A stretch of DNA of 63,830 nt, filler included, from Octopus bimaculoides (taxonomy: Eukaryota), in the NCBI RefSeq assembly GCF_001194135.2. It is 5 parts of 5 records of this genome, joined end to end, with 100 filler letters (N's around TTAATTAATTAA, not from the genome) between each part and the next. Parts side by side here need not be neighbours in the genome. Positions count along the whole stretch, not along the records: positions 1 to 20,979 come from NC_068991.1; positions 21,080 to 40,945 come from NC_069004.1; 3 more parts are not named here. One strand, written 5' to 3'. The notes below the pieces were generated by a model. That model saw only the letters and a program-made list of their open reading frames with translations. It ran no database searches and was not told where the DNA came from. Below, piece after piece: positions 10,990 through 22,180 of the stretch. The number at the start of each line of letters is the position of its first letter. Within the stretch, counting starts at the first letter, position 1. A program made the position numbers and the translations under genes.

Positions 10990-11822
10990 AAAAAATAACT
11001 TATTTACTTAACGTTCAATATAATCTCCTTCAAACTAGTCACCTTGTACAACAATACACCAGTCTCAGCATTCCTGCCATTTGGAATCCAGCTACAAGTC
11101 ATTTTCTATAAGCGAGTCAAGGATCTTCTGTGATTTGCTCTGGATCTCAACAATGATGTTAAAACAGCAACCTTTGAGCTGCATTTTCATTTTGGGAGAG
11201 AGGTGCTAAATCTGGTGAATAGGGTGGATGTGGAAATGATACCATGTTGTTTTTGGTGAGAAACTCATGAGTGAGGAGAGCTTGGCAACAGGACGCATTG
11301 CCGTCATGAAGAATCCATGTCCTCCTTCAGATGCTTCAAAACATCACAGTAGTATTTTCGGTTCATAGTCTGGTACTGAGGGACAAATTCCCAATGCACA
11401 ATACCACATTTCCAGGAGTGATGCTCCTGGCAGGCCTTCCAGATCACGCATTGTCTTCCAGGGGTATTCTTCCACTTTTAGAAGCACCCATGCCACTCGA
11501 AACATTGTGTCAAGTCATCGCCTCATCACTGTAAGCTTGCCAAAGCATGTTCAATGTCTCGGTAGCAGACTTCCCAAGTTTAATGCAAAATTTCATGTTA
11601 GCTCTTTGTTCCAACTTCTTGTCCATGACAAAATCACAGACTACAGTATACACATGATCACAAAAGCATAAATTTCATAACTTGTGAAGTAAACACAGCA
11701 ATGTCACTCAGCACATTGTCTCATGAAGTTCACTGCTAGCTCTCACTGTGCATGCAACTGTGTGCTGCCATCTGTTGGTGTGCTACAAAACTAGTCCAGA
11801 AATCTTTTGATATCACTTCGTA
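10990..11822 (-). mobile_element. Internally deleted mariner transposon (second family)
   Basis: ATG at 11626: MDKKLEQRANMKFCIKLGKSATETLNMLWQAY (mariner HTH), then GIVHWEFVPQYQTMNRKYY and C-terminal WQEC*DWCIVVQGD*FEGD. 5' end TA-cgaagtgatatcaaaag is TIR-like. Confidence 0.85.
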
Positions 11823-12224
11823 GATCTAAAACATAAACTCCAGCATATTGTTCTCAAGGCATACCCTCACTGTGAAAAGATTATAGAAGAGAGAACTATC
11901 AGGATATGGTAGTACCAGTATAATTGATAACTGAACAAAGTCCATACTGGGCAAAGGGAAGAATACAGTGGAGGGGCAGGATAGAAATGCTGACGTGGTA
12001 ATGAGATATGACATGGTAAGAATTCCCATTGTATTTAAACTCAGTCTAACTATAATAAAATATAAAAAAGTGAATGTATTATAAGCTTTATCAACATCTA
12101 ATATAGATCAAATGATTTAACTTATTGGCAACTGAATGGGAGAAATAACAATGTGGGAGGCAGGATGTTTAATTAATATTTTATGAAAAAATTAGTAACC
12201 ATATTCAATATATAATGGATAGTA

Positions 12225-13903
12225 CATTGTTGATACTTCAATGCTCAAGTAGGTGCTGACCACCAAACATTCTAATATTCTCAGTTCACATGGAATAGAG
12301 TGAATGAACTCAAATGGTCTATATCTTCTTTCACTTTACAGAGAATTTGGCCTAGCAATCACCAATATTTTCAACTCAAAGACAAAGAGCCACAAAACAA
12401 TATGGATGCATCTGAGATCAAAGGTTTGACATTTGATTGTTTACATAATCACAGAAGGACTTTAACATCACTTGCTATCTTTCAGACATTGATCTTTAGC
12501 ATATTAAAATGCATCAGTGTTTTGCCATTGAAATACAGCCATATTAATAAATAGTTATCTGATCAACTTGAAACCTCTCTTGATTCAGTGCAAATAACTG
12601 ATGATATCAGGAAACATCAAGATTGGTTTAATAACAGCACCTTATCAAGATGTTCAGTACCTTATCAAAAAGATGAATGATTCACTCAAGGCTTGGATCA
12701 ATGATAAACAATCCAACATCAACAAGTGAGCATGCAAGGTATGCAGAAACAGGTACAAACTGCTCTCAGAAGAATGAAAGTGTTTTGAAGCAATGAATAA
12801 GCTCCAAAGCTTTCTATGTAGGTCTCAAAAAATGGTTCAACTTCTGTTCTGCCTTCTGATAGTTAGACTCTTCTGACTGAAACGGTTAATTTTCTTCCCA
12901 ATAGAAAGCTGTCAGGAATTCCAATTCTGTCATGAATGAAAGTGTAGCTGATTCCATTTCTCAAAGACCAGAAATTTTGGAAATGTCTCTTGAACCATGT
13001 TTAATGGAAGTTCAAGATACCATAACACAAATGTCATCAAACAAAGCATCATGTAAAGATGGCATTCGACATGGACTCTTCAAATATAGTAGCAAAAAGT
13101 TGGTGCAAAAGAGTTTTGAGCTTTTTTGAAGTCATCTGGAGTTTTGGACATGTACCACAGAACAACAAGGATGCATCCATAATGAGTCTTTTCAACAACA
13201 AAGGAAGAAAAGTAGTTTGCATTAACTCATGTGACATCTCTCTCGTGTGTATTGCAGGAAAATTCCTAGCAAGAATAATTTCTTAACATAATAATTGAGC
13301 ACAATATCGATGACATTTATCCAGTTTCAGAGTAGACCACAGTAACACTGATATGATTTCACTTTATCAAGTTGCTGAGAAAGTTGTTGGGAAAGATTAG
13401 GGACTAAATATGTTTTTTATAGATCTAACCAAAGTGATCAATACTGTTAATAGAAATGATCTCTGTGTAGTTCTCGAAAGAATTGGTATGCCTCATAAAA
13501 TGTTAAAAGTCATCATTTCCTTTCATACAGGAATGAAAGCATGTTTTATCAAGCAGTCAGCGTTCAGACTCTTTTGATGTTTCAAATGGCGCAAAAGGGG
13601 GTTGTGTCATAGAACCACTTCTTTTCATGCTTTTCTTCTCAGTCATGCTGCACTATACTTATGGCTATCTTAATTCAGGTATTCAATTTCAATTTCTTTC
13701 CAGTTGTGGCCTCTTCAATCACCAGTGCTTTAAAGCCAGAACAATAGTTTGAATGGCAATAATACATGAATTTTTGTTTTCTGATCATGATACATTTGTT
13801 GCAACATCTGTCAAAGAAGCACAGGAGCTTATCATTTCTCCAATGCAAGTAAAGCTTTCAGTTTGACCATCAGCATTAGAAAGACAAAAGTTGTCCACCA
13901 GCC
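12225..13903 (+). mobile_element. RTE-clade LINE fragment (APE to RT), degenerate
   Basis: FNAQVGADHQT (APE), HVPQNNKDASIMSLF..KG...DISLVCIAGKFLARII, DLTKVINTVNR, KGGCVIEPLLF, LFSD, GLTISIRKTKVVHQP. This is the RTE/BovB-like motif order. Confidence 0.88.
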
Positions 13904-14473
13904 AACTATGTGATTGCTGCTGTTTCTAGCATGCTAGACAAGATAGTTTTTAACGAGCTTTCACTTATACAAGGCACAATTTCAAGAATATTATCAGTTT
14001 CTGGAGTTTGATAAATGAATATTTTTCATAAAATGAAAATTCTTCAATATACCGATGTAATTTTTTTTTTTTTTGAAATGAAGAAGTGATTTTGTTGGTA
14101 TGGCTACTTGGAATGCTATAAACCTTACAATAATAACTTTGTGATCGCTGCTATTTCTAGCATGCTAAACAAGATAGTTTTTAATGAGCTTTCACTTATA
14201 TGATTTTTTTCATTTCATGTTTACACAAAAGAGCTGTATAACTTTGATATAAGGCACAATTTCAAGAATATAATCAGTTTCCGGAGTTTGTTAAATGAAT
14301 ATTTTTGATTTAATGAAAATTCTTTGATATATCAGTATAATTTTTTTTTAAATGAAGAAGTGATTTTGTTGGTATGACTACTTGGAATGCTATAGGCCTT
14401 ACAATAATAACTATGTGATTGCTGCTATTTCTAGCATGCTAAACAAGATAGGTTTTAATGAGCTTTCATTTAT
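13904..14473. repeat. Tandem repeat, ~2.3 copies of a 231-274 bp unit
   Basis: Units start at 13904, 14135 and 14409 with aact(a/t)tgtgat.gctgct.tttctagcatgcta.acaagatag. Unit 2 carries ~43 extra bp. Confidence 0.92.
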
Positions 14474-14479
14474 ATATAA

Positions 14480-14510
14480 CTAGCAGCTAAACCCGGTTTC
14501 ACCCGGTCTG
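14480..14510 (-). mobile_element. Helitron 3' terminus (element extends rightwards, 5' end not defined)
   Basis: Minus strand reads gaCCGGgtgaaaCCGGgtttagctgCTAG|T, the same architecture as 303-331. Confidence 0.7.
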
Positions 14511-15344
14511 TTTGGATGATGTGGCTGTGATTGTCTTTGGTTAGGCATAATCTATAATAGCATTTCTCAACCTGATCATTTCATGTCCCGTTTCGATTGG
14601 AGCCTCCAGCTGTATGAAGATTTCACCCCCTCCTGTCAGAAAATGGCTTCAGGAGTTGTGAAGAAAGAATTTGTACATAGTCTGTTTGTGAGAGCTATTC
14701 TATTGGACGTCTGTCTAATCATTAAAAGATTTATTTAATTATGAACATAGAAAGAAATTATACATTAATCGCAATGTTTGTAAGCAGTTTTATCCATAAA
14801 AATTTTATTTGCAGAGAGCAGAAATTGAAAGATATATGAAATGGACGTGCGTGTATGTGAGAGAGAAAGAGGGTAAGAAAGAGAGCTAGAGTGAGTGAGT
14901 GAAGTTGTGTGCCATTGACTCACATTGGTTGGCACAGCAAGTATGAAGCTTTTGATTTAGCAGGAGTTGGTTTGTGTTTTATCTCTCGTTCAATGGCTGG
15001 ACAAGTGAAAAGAAAGGCAATCATTTGAAGTGGCCAGCAAATGAAGAGACATGGACAGTTTTATGACTGAACTTCTTTTGAAGTTGTGGTGAGAGGGGAG
15101 AATTGATGTGCATGCATATGTCTGTGTGTGTGTGTGTGTATGTTTGATGGGGTGTGCGCGACAGAGAGAGTAATGTTGATGGTGTATGTGTATATGAGAG
15201 AGAGAGAGAGAGAAAAAAAGAAAGAGAGCGATAAATGAAATTTATCATTCAGTTTATTTATTTATTATGTATATATATATGAATGGCTTCAGTGACACAC
15301 ACTCACATACATGCAGGTTGTTTTAATCGATTTTCTCTGTAAGT

Positions 15345-16784
15345 ATGGGGGCTAGGAAAAAAATAGAAAGCGCAATCCAATCTATGCACCCGTCTCCACA
15401 TGTGTGCCTTTTTTCATGCGAATCCACCCAGCTGTTTGGCCGTGAACCTCAAGACAAGAAAGAATACAACAGTCAGCCAACTTCAATTTATATTATAGAA
15501 TATGTGACTGATAAAGAAAATTTAGCAGCAAAGACACAATGGCAGAGAGGAAGATGAGCAACTGAATCAGATGAAACCAGGGCAAAGCGACTGAAACAGA
15601 TGTCTGAATATGCATAGAGATGTGGACATGATTCTGTTTCCACTACACATGACCGACTGGTTAGGGTATCTCAACAGGAGAATATTCTACTTCAAAATAA
15701 CAATGTCAGATCACAAATTGTTGATGCAACACTAAAGAGATCTTTTCTTTGGGATCATGTGGAAGTAATGGAGTTGACAACCAATCTAAGACCTCTTACA
15801 GATGGTCATTCTGATGAAAGAGAGTTTGCTAATTACCTTCTTGATGTAGGAAATGGTAACATTTCTGTCTAGGTGAATTCAGAATCCTTTCTACTTGAAG
15901 CACAAGGCCTCAAATTTGGGGGAAGGGATCAAGTAACTGGTACTTATCTAATCGACCCCGAAAGGATGAGAGGCAAAGTCGACCCCGGCAGAATTTGGAT
16001 TCAGAATGTAGCAACAGACAAAATACCAGTAAGCATTTCACCCGGTGTGCTAATGATTCTGCCAGATCACTGCCTTTAGGTGAATTCAAAATCAAACTAC
16101 CCAATGACCTTTGCCTTAAAAGTGGTACTTTTTCAGATCTATGTGATTTTGTATATGCTGACCTCAAAAATAACTTCACAAACCCTATGTGGCTTGCAAA
16201 TAGAACCATTGTTACTCCAGCAAATGAAGCAGCACAATTTGTGAATGATTTTCTGTTGACCAGGATCTCTGGTGAGCTAAAATATACTGAAGCTCAGATA
16301 CAGTTGATAATGAAACTCTATGCCCAATCGAGTTCAACAAACTTACACCATCAGGGTTTCCACCACACTTTCTCAAACTGAAGAAAAAATGATGCATAAT
16401 GCTTCTGAGAAATTTAGATGCTACATCATTGTCAGTTTACATGATCATGTTATTGAGATTGAGGTTGCTTCTGGTCCTTATGCAGGATCAACTCTGCTAA
16501 TCCTAAGAATACCATTTCATGAGATACATGAAATGGAATTTCCATTCACACTTACACACAAGCTATTACCTGTCAAGTCAGCTTTTGTTTGATGCGCAAT
16601 AAGGCAAAGGGACAGACTTTTGAACAAATTGGAATATATCTTCTGACACAATTCTCTTTCACATGGTCAGCTGTGTGTTGCATTATCTAGAGTTCGAAAG
16701 AAGGCTAATGTAAAAATATTGGCTGAGAGAAATGGAAACAGTATTATTACTGACAATTGTCTCTACAAGGAGATACTACTTTAA
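15345..16784 (+). mobile_element. Internally deleted Helitron RepHel relic, helicase domain
   Basis: N-terminal ATESDETRAKRL repeat-like region, then IVDATLKRSFLW.HV..MELTTNLR, FANYLLDVGNG, WLANRTIVTPANEAA, SGFPPH, KGQTFEQIGIY, FSHGQLCVALSRV, TDNCLYKEILL* (TAA 16782-16784). Confidence 0.9.
15882..16076 (-). mobile_element. SINE (family B) inserted in the Helitron, with 12-bp TSD
   Basis: Core gaccccgaaaggatgagaggcaaagtcgacc as in 46382-46993. Flanked by TAGGTGAATTCA at 15870-15881 and 16077-16088. Confidence 0.9.
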
Positions 16785-17058
16785 AGCAAAATATGCTGTT
16801 TAGCAAGTTTCAGTAAATAGAATTAACGCATAAATTATATGTAAAGTAAAATATATTTGTGTGGAATTAAATTGTTTTGATATATTTCAACACATACCAA
16901 ATGAATGATATCATTATATTAGATCATTTTAAATTTGGGTATATTTNNNNNNNNNNNNNNNNNNNNNNNNNNNNNNNNNNNNNNNNNNNNNNNNNNNNNN
17001 NNNNNNNNNNNNNNNNNNNNNNNNNNNNNNNNNNNNNNNNNNNNNNTAATAAAGAAAC

Positions 17059-17093
<35 letters not shown>

Positions 17094-19628
17094 ATCCATG
17101 GGCCCTAATGTCCATGTTTGGCAGACAGTTTAACATTTATTTTTCCCCCTGTCTGCCGAGAATGAGCGGTAGTGGCATGGTGGTACTTTTACGCAAGAGT
17201 CTGGATTTCGAAGTAAAGACAATATTCGTAGACCAGGAGGGTCAACTGATCGTCCTGGATGTCGACGGCAACAATGGATGCACTTTTCAACTCATATCAG
17301 TCTATGCACCGCCTTTAACAGGTCGGCTGGATTTCTTTCGATGTCTAGAAGTATTCCTAGGAATGTCTCGTCCCTTACTTTTAGTGGGGGATTGGAATGC
17401 TACCTTGGACATGCATCTAGGCTATGTGGGCAGAGATAGGAATAGACAGGGATGCAAATGCCTCAGAGACCTGCTCAGACGCTTTCAACTGTCTGACAGG
17501 TAACGACTCAACCACTCGAATGCACCAACATGAACATGGAGCAACCGCATCAGGTTGTCGAGATCGAATCTAGATAGGATATTGTGTAGGTTAGTAGAAA
17601 GAGATAGCGTAGGGTGTCCACAATTGCACATAGTCAGCTACACAGATCACAACGTTGTGACGTGTGCACTAGACTTAGATAAGACACATAGGCAGGGTTC
17701 TGGGTACTGGAAACTAAGCGCGTCTGTCCCATCTAGACAGGTTTTCAGAGACCGGATTAGCACGCTAGTAAAGAGGGCTTTGACAGGAGCCATCATCAAC
17801 AACAAATGGTGGTTTGCCCTCAAGCGAGCAATAAAAGCAGAAGCGATTAGGTATAGCAAAGCACTAGCCATAGATAGAAACAGAGTAGAGGGTGACCTAG
17901 TTAAGTAGCTAGAAGAGGCGATTTGAAGTGGCATCATATCGGACGTTTTGGCGGCAAGGTTGGCCCTCAACCAACACTTCAACGCCAAACACGAAGGGTG
18001 TGTTGTCAGAGCTAGGATNNNNNNNNNNNNNNNNNNNNNNNNNNNNNNNNNNNNNNNNNNNNNNNNNNNNNNNNNNNNNNNNNNNNNNNNNNNNNNNNNN
18101 NNNNNNNNNNNNNNNNNNNNNNNNNNNNNNNNNNNNNNNNNNNNNNNNNNNNNNNNNNNNNNNNNNNNNNNNNNNNNNNNNNNNNNNNNNNNNNNNNNNN
18201 NNNNNNNNNNNNNNNNNNNNNNNNNNNNNNNNNNNNNNNNNNNGAACAGGGGCGTGAATTACTCAAGCCAAATAAAATGTGTGAGGCCTTTCAACAGCAT
18301 TTTGCCCGACTGTTCGAGACAAATGGCGAGCGAGAACGCTAGGTGGACTTCAGTACCTACCTGCACAGCCTGCCACAACAAGAGAGGCAAGGTGTTGCGA
18401 AGGTGCCATCATGGTGGCGGAAGTGCAGGACACGATGGCAGAATGCTCAAGGCACAAATCGCTGGATTTGGATGGTCTACCTTACGAGCTTTACAGTTGT
18501 ATGCCAGACTTGTTTGGAGACGTCTTGGCAGTAGTGTACTGCAACTGGCAGCAAAACAGGAGTATCCCTGGTTTCATGAGCTGAGGAGCTGTAACACTGC
18601 TGAAGAAAGATCCAAGCAAGGTGGGCATAATAGATAACTTTAGACCCATCACTCTGCTCGATGCAGATTTGAAAATTTTGGCCAAGGTGTTAGCCAAGAG
18701 GTTGGCGCTTGTCATCAAGAAACTGGTCAACAAGGTGCAAAGTGTGCTGTGCTGGGCCAGAGCATCCATGACAACCTCCATCTGATGCACTACATCTTAG
18801 ACAAGGTAGTTAAGGAACCCGGGCATGGGTGGGGCCCTGATCAATTTGGATCAATCCAAGGCTTTTGATAAGGTAGACCACTGATACTTGGAGGCTGTTC
18901 TCATAGCAGCTGGTTTTGGTCCCGTCTTCCATCGCTGGATAGCTGCCTTGTGCAGAGGCACCTGTTCGGTAATTCACATGAATGGACATCTATCGAGACT
19001 TTTCGACATTGCACGTTCGGTCCATCAGGGATGCCCCCTCTCGTTGCTTGTGTACATATTGACTCTCGAGCCACTACTGTGGAAGCTGGTGACGCTGAGG
19101 GGCATCCCGCAAGAATTGGGAAGTGGGACAAGCGTGTCCACGTATGTGGACGACGTCACCATCATAGTGTCTAGCCAGGAGCATATTGAGCTGGTTGGCA
19201 AGACACTGAAAAACTATGAAGCGGTAACAGGAGTGAAAATCAACAGGGAAAAGTCAGTGGGCTTGCAGCTCGGCACCTGGAGAAGCAAGCCCATGCAGTT
19301 CAACAGAACCTCTGTCATGGGATGCTGAATTGACAGTCTGGTCGAGTTGCTTGGGGTCTGGTTTGGTCCAGACCTCCAAACAGAGAAGAACTGGAATTAG
19401 ATAAAGAGTATGGTAGTCACTATCATCCGGTAATAGGCCAAGAGGAAGGTGTCCCTAAAAGGTCAGACAGAGGTGGTGAACACGTATATTACGTCTGTCA
19501 TCTACTACCGCCTGACCATTGTACCTTGTCCCAACCCTACCATCACCAAACTGGAATGCGTTCTCTTCTACTTCTTGTGGAAAAGATGCGTTCCAATGGT
19601 CAGGCAATCCGTTCGCTGCCAACACCAC
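17094..19628 (+). mobile_element. L1/Tx1-clade LINE ORF2 (endonuclease + RT), truncated at both ends, degenerate, with an internal gap
   Basis: EN: LISVYAP, LLVGDWNA, SNLDRI, TDH, GSGYWKL. RT: NFRPITLLDADLKILAKVLAKRL, IHDNL, LDQSKAFDKVDH, QGCPLS, YVDDVT, KINREKS, LGVWFG. The GxGYWKL and LDQxKAFD motifs are L1/Tx1-typical. Confidence 0.92.
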
Positions 19629-20014
19629 CCGTTCTCAAACTGGTAAATTAGCTGCAGAAATGCCAGATTGAAGACATTTGAAAAATACACCGAATGTAAT
19701 TTGCAAAACTTTACACGTGCTTCCTTTCGAGTGATCGTTGTGTCTAGTTCTGAAAATTATATTTTATAAATCGACAGACTATGCTGATGATCCTGCAGAT
19801 ATTTGCTTGTGTAAATATTAACAGGTGAAACCATTGGTACGTAGGTAATCGTTTTTTATTTCGTATATTTTCATTTGTCTTGCCCTTTTACAGTCTGGTG
19901 TCTTGCTGAATCTTTTTTTTCTTGAGAACATATTCTTCATGGTTAGGTGATTTGGTATCTATTTCTAGCATATAGGAGTCCACTTTTGGTGGTCATTCCT
20001 CTTAATTTTGTATG

Positions 20015-20059
<45 letters not shown>

Positions 20060-20176
20060 ATTAACTACCAACAAAAATAATTGGTAAGCTAACTCAAAAA
20101 TCATCACCAAAATAGCAGAAAAAAACGACTGTGAAGGTATGTAGACTCCTCAAGAATCGATCCTTTTGGTTATATT

Positions 20177-20483
20177 AATAATAATAAAGGAGTTACGACG
20201 CAAAAATGTATATATTAAATGAACATATTTATCTTCTTCAATATATATTTCAATATATAATTCATTAAGAGACTTAATAAATCAAAATTTCTTTACACAT
20301 CTTTGTATTTTTAAACCGAGTGTGGTTTTCTGGTGTTATATTTATTTTTTCCTGAAGATGTGTAAAAGAATTTTGATTTATTAAGTCTCTTAATGAATTC
20401 TTTATACTGAAATACGTATTGAAGAAGATAAATCTGTTCATCTAATATATACGTTCTTGTGTCGTAACTCCTTTATTATTATT
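20177..20483. repeat. Long inverted repeat (arms 20177-20303 and 20355-20483, 51-bp spacer); probable inverted Penelope pLTR pair
   Basis: ataataaaggagttacgac...tttacacatctt is the reverse complement of aagatgtgtaaaa...gtcgtaactcctttattat with scattered mismatches. It directly abuts the GIY-YIG fragment. Confidence 0.9.
20346..20426 (+). ncRNA. Putative type I hammerhead ribozyme of a Penelope-like element
   Basis: Stem I TTTTTC/GAAGAA; core CTGAAGA (20352-20358); long stem II (GTGTAAAAGAATT...AATTCTTTATAC with apical ATTAAG-tct-CTTAAT); GAAA (20409-20412); palindromic stem III ATACGTAT; AUU triplet (20418-20420). Folded by eye. Confidence 0.62.
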
Positions 20484-20489
20484 TATATT

Positions 20490-20784
20490 TGTAGTTTACA
20501 GCATAAAATGCATAGAAGGTGCTTGTAAAGACCTGAATATGACATATATAGGTGAAACTTCTAGGAGCATTGCGGAACGGCCAAACGAACACATGAGACA
20601 ATATGACGACAAAAAACAGTCCTCCATACTCTACCAACATGCCAAAGACCAGCATGGAGGCAACTTGGGTCAACTTGACATCCGCATCTTATCCAAACAC
20701 CCAAAAGACCCAACTCTAAGACAAATACGGGAGTACGTCCTTATAAATGAAACTTCTCCAATACTAAATAGGAAATATACGTAG
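20490..20784 (+). mobile_element. Penelope-like element GIY-YIG endonuclease fragment
   Basis: VVYSIKCIEGACKDLNMTYIGETSRSIAERPNEH...SILYQHAKDQH...IRIL...RQIREYVLI...PILNR matches the PLE (Uri) GIY-YIG pattern VY.I.C...YIGET.R....R..EH...E...I...P.LN. Confidence 0.88.
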
Positions 20785-20979
20785 ATATCATACCCCCATA
20801 CCCACATTTTACACAGGTAAAGTAGAACAGTTGATGGGCTTTTATGCAGATAGAGGTATGTATGTCTGTGAGTGTGGGTGTGTGTGTGTGCATGCACATG
20901 TATGTATGGGTAGGTACATAGGGTATATGAACAGACAACCACATAGGCAAATAGAGACTGAAACACATGACCACATATA

Positions 20980-21079
20980 NNNNNNNNNNNNNNNNNNNNN
21001 NNNNNNNNNNNNNNNNNNNNNNNTTAATTAATTAANNNNNNNNNNNNNNNNNNNNNNNNNNNNNNNNNNNNNNNNNNNN
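20980..21079. other. Assembly spacer N44-TTAATTAATTAA-N44 (artefact)
   Basis: The same 100-nt construct occurs at 40946-41045, 56030-56129 and 62669-62768. The 12-mer places stops in all six frames. Confidence 0.95.
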
Positions 21080-21196
21080 ACTCCAACTGACGGTTTCTTT
21101 TGTTTTCCCATTCGTCTTCTCTTTCTCAACGTCTCCCCCTCTCTCTCTCTCGTATGCCTTCCTCTTCTCCCCCTCTCTCAATCTATGTCTCCCTTT

Positions 21197-21240
<44 letters not shown>

Positions 21241-21329
21241 CCACTTGTTCAGAGGCGCCAGGCTTTGCAGCTGAGGAAACTTAACGGAAAACATACAAAA
21301 GGAAATCGAAAAGAGAAGCTGAGACGTCT

Positions 21330-21550
21330 TTTATCTTTTACTGGTTCGAGTTATTGGACGGCGGCCATGCTGGGGCACCAATCAGAAGGGCTAAAGTCGA
21401 ACAGTACTTACATTTTAAGCCTGACACATATTCTATCGGTCACTTTGCCGAACCGTTAAGTTACGAGGGACATAAACAAACCGACACCAGTTGTTACGGG
21501 ATTGATTGGGGAATAAATACAACAGACATATATGCGTTGTATGTGAGTGT
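21330..21550 (-). mobile_element. SINE family A, 3' part
   Basis: gcggccatgctggggcac...ctttgccgaaccgttaagttacg...aaacaaaccgacaccagttg is the reverse complement of the 44630-44800 region. Confidence 0.75.
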
Positions 21551-21569
21551 GGGGCGGAAAAATGGAGAG

Positions 21570-22180
21570 AAAGCAAAAGAGGGGAGTGAGTGAATGAGAG
21601 AGAGGGAGAGGGAGAGAGAGGAATTGATAAGAAAGAAAGAAGAGAGAGAAAGAGCGAGGGTGAGAGAGACAACGAAAAGAAAGGTGGAAAGTCTAGAGAG
21701 AAAAACTGGGAAAAGAAGTGAAAGAGAAAGGAAGGAAACAAAAAGAAAGAGAAAGGGAGAGTGAGGGGTGAGGTAGCGAAGGAAAGAGAAAAACAAGGAA
21801 AGTGGAGAGGGGGAAGACGGAGAGAAAGAGAGTGAGAATGTGAAAGGAAGAAGAAGAGGTAAGTTCTAGAAAAAGAGAAAGGTTCGGTAAATGAGAGAGA
21901 GGGAGGAAGGGGGTAAGGGTAAGAGAAAAAGGATAGAAAGAATGAAAGGGTCAAGAAGTGAGAGGGGATAGAAATGGATAGGGGGGGAAAGAGAATAAAT
22001 ATGAAGAAAGAAAGAAAGAAGAAAAAGAAAAGTAGAAAGAGCGAGGAATATTGAAAGAAAAAGAGCAAGATGGGAAAAGGGGAAGAGAGAAACGACCAAG
22101 TGGAAAAGGGGGACGGAGAAGAAGAGTAAGGGCGGTTGTAAGTAAAAGAAGTAACGAAGAGACTGAGAGAAGGCGGAGAA
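21570..22180. repeat. Polypurine (GA-rich) low-complexity tract
   Basis: About 600 bp of almost pure G/A on the plus strand. Confidence 0.9.

Noticed and set aside
19640-20030. Minus-strand Penelope RT linker (TITYVPMVS)
   Set aside because: Only a vague PYV-like resemblance amid many stops; not supportable without an alignment.
21433-22099. Hydrophobic F/L/S-rich ORFs resembling membrane proteins
   Set aside because: Reverse complement of the GA-rich low-complexity tract.
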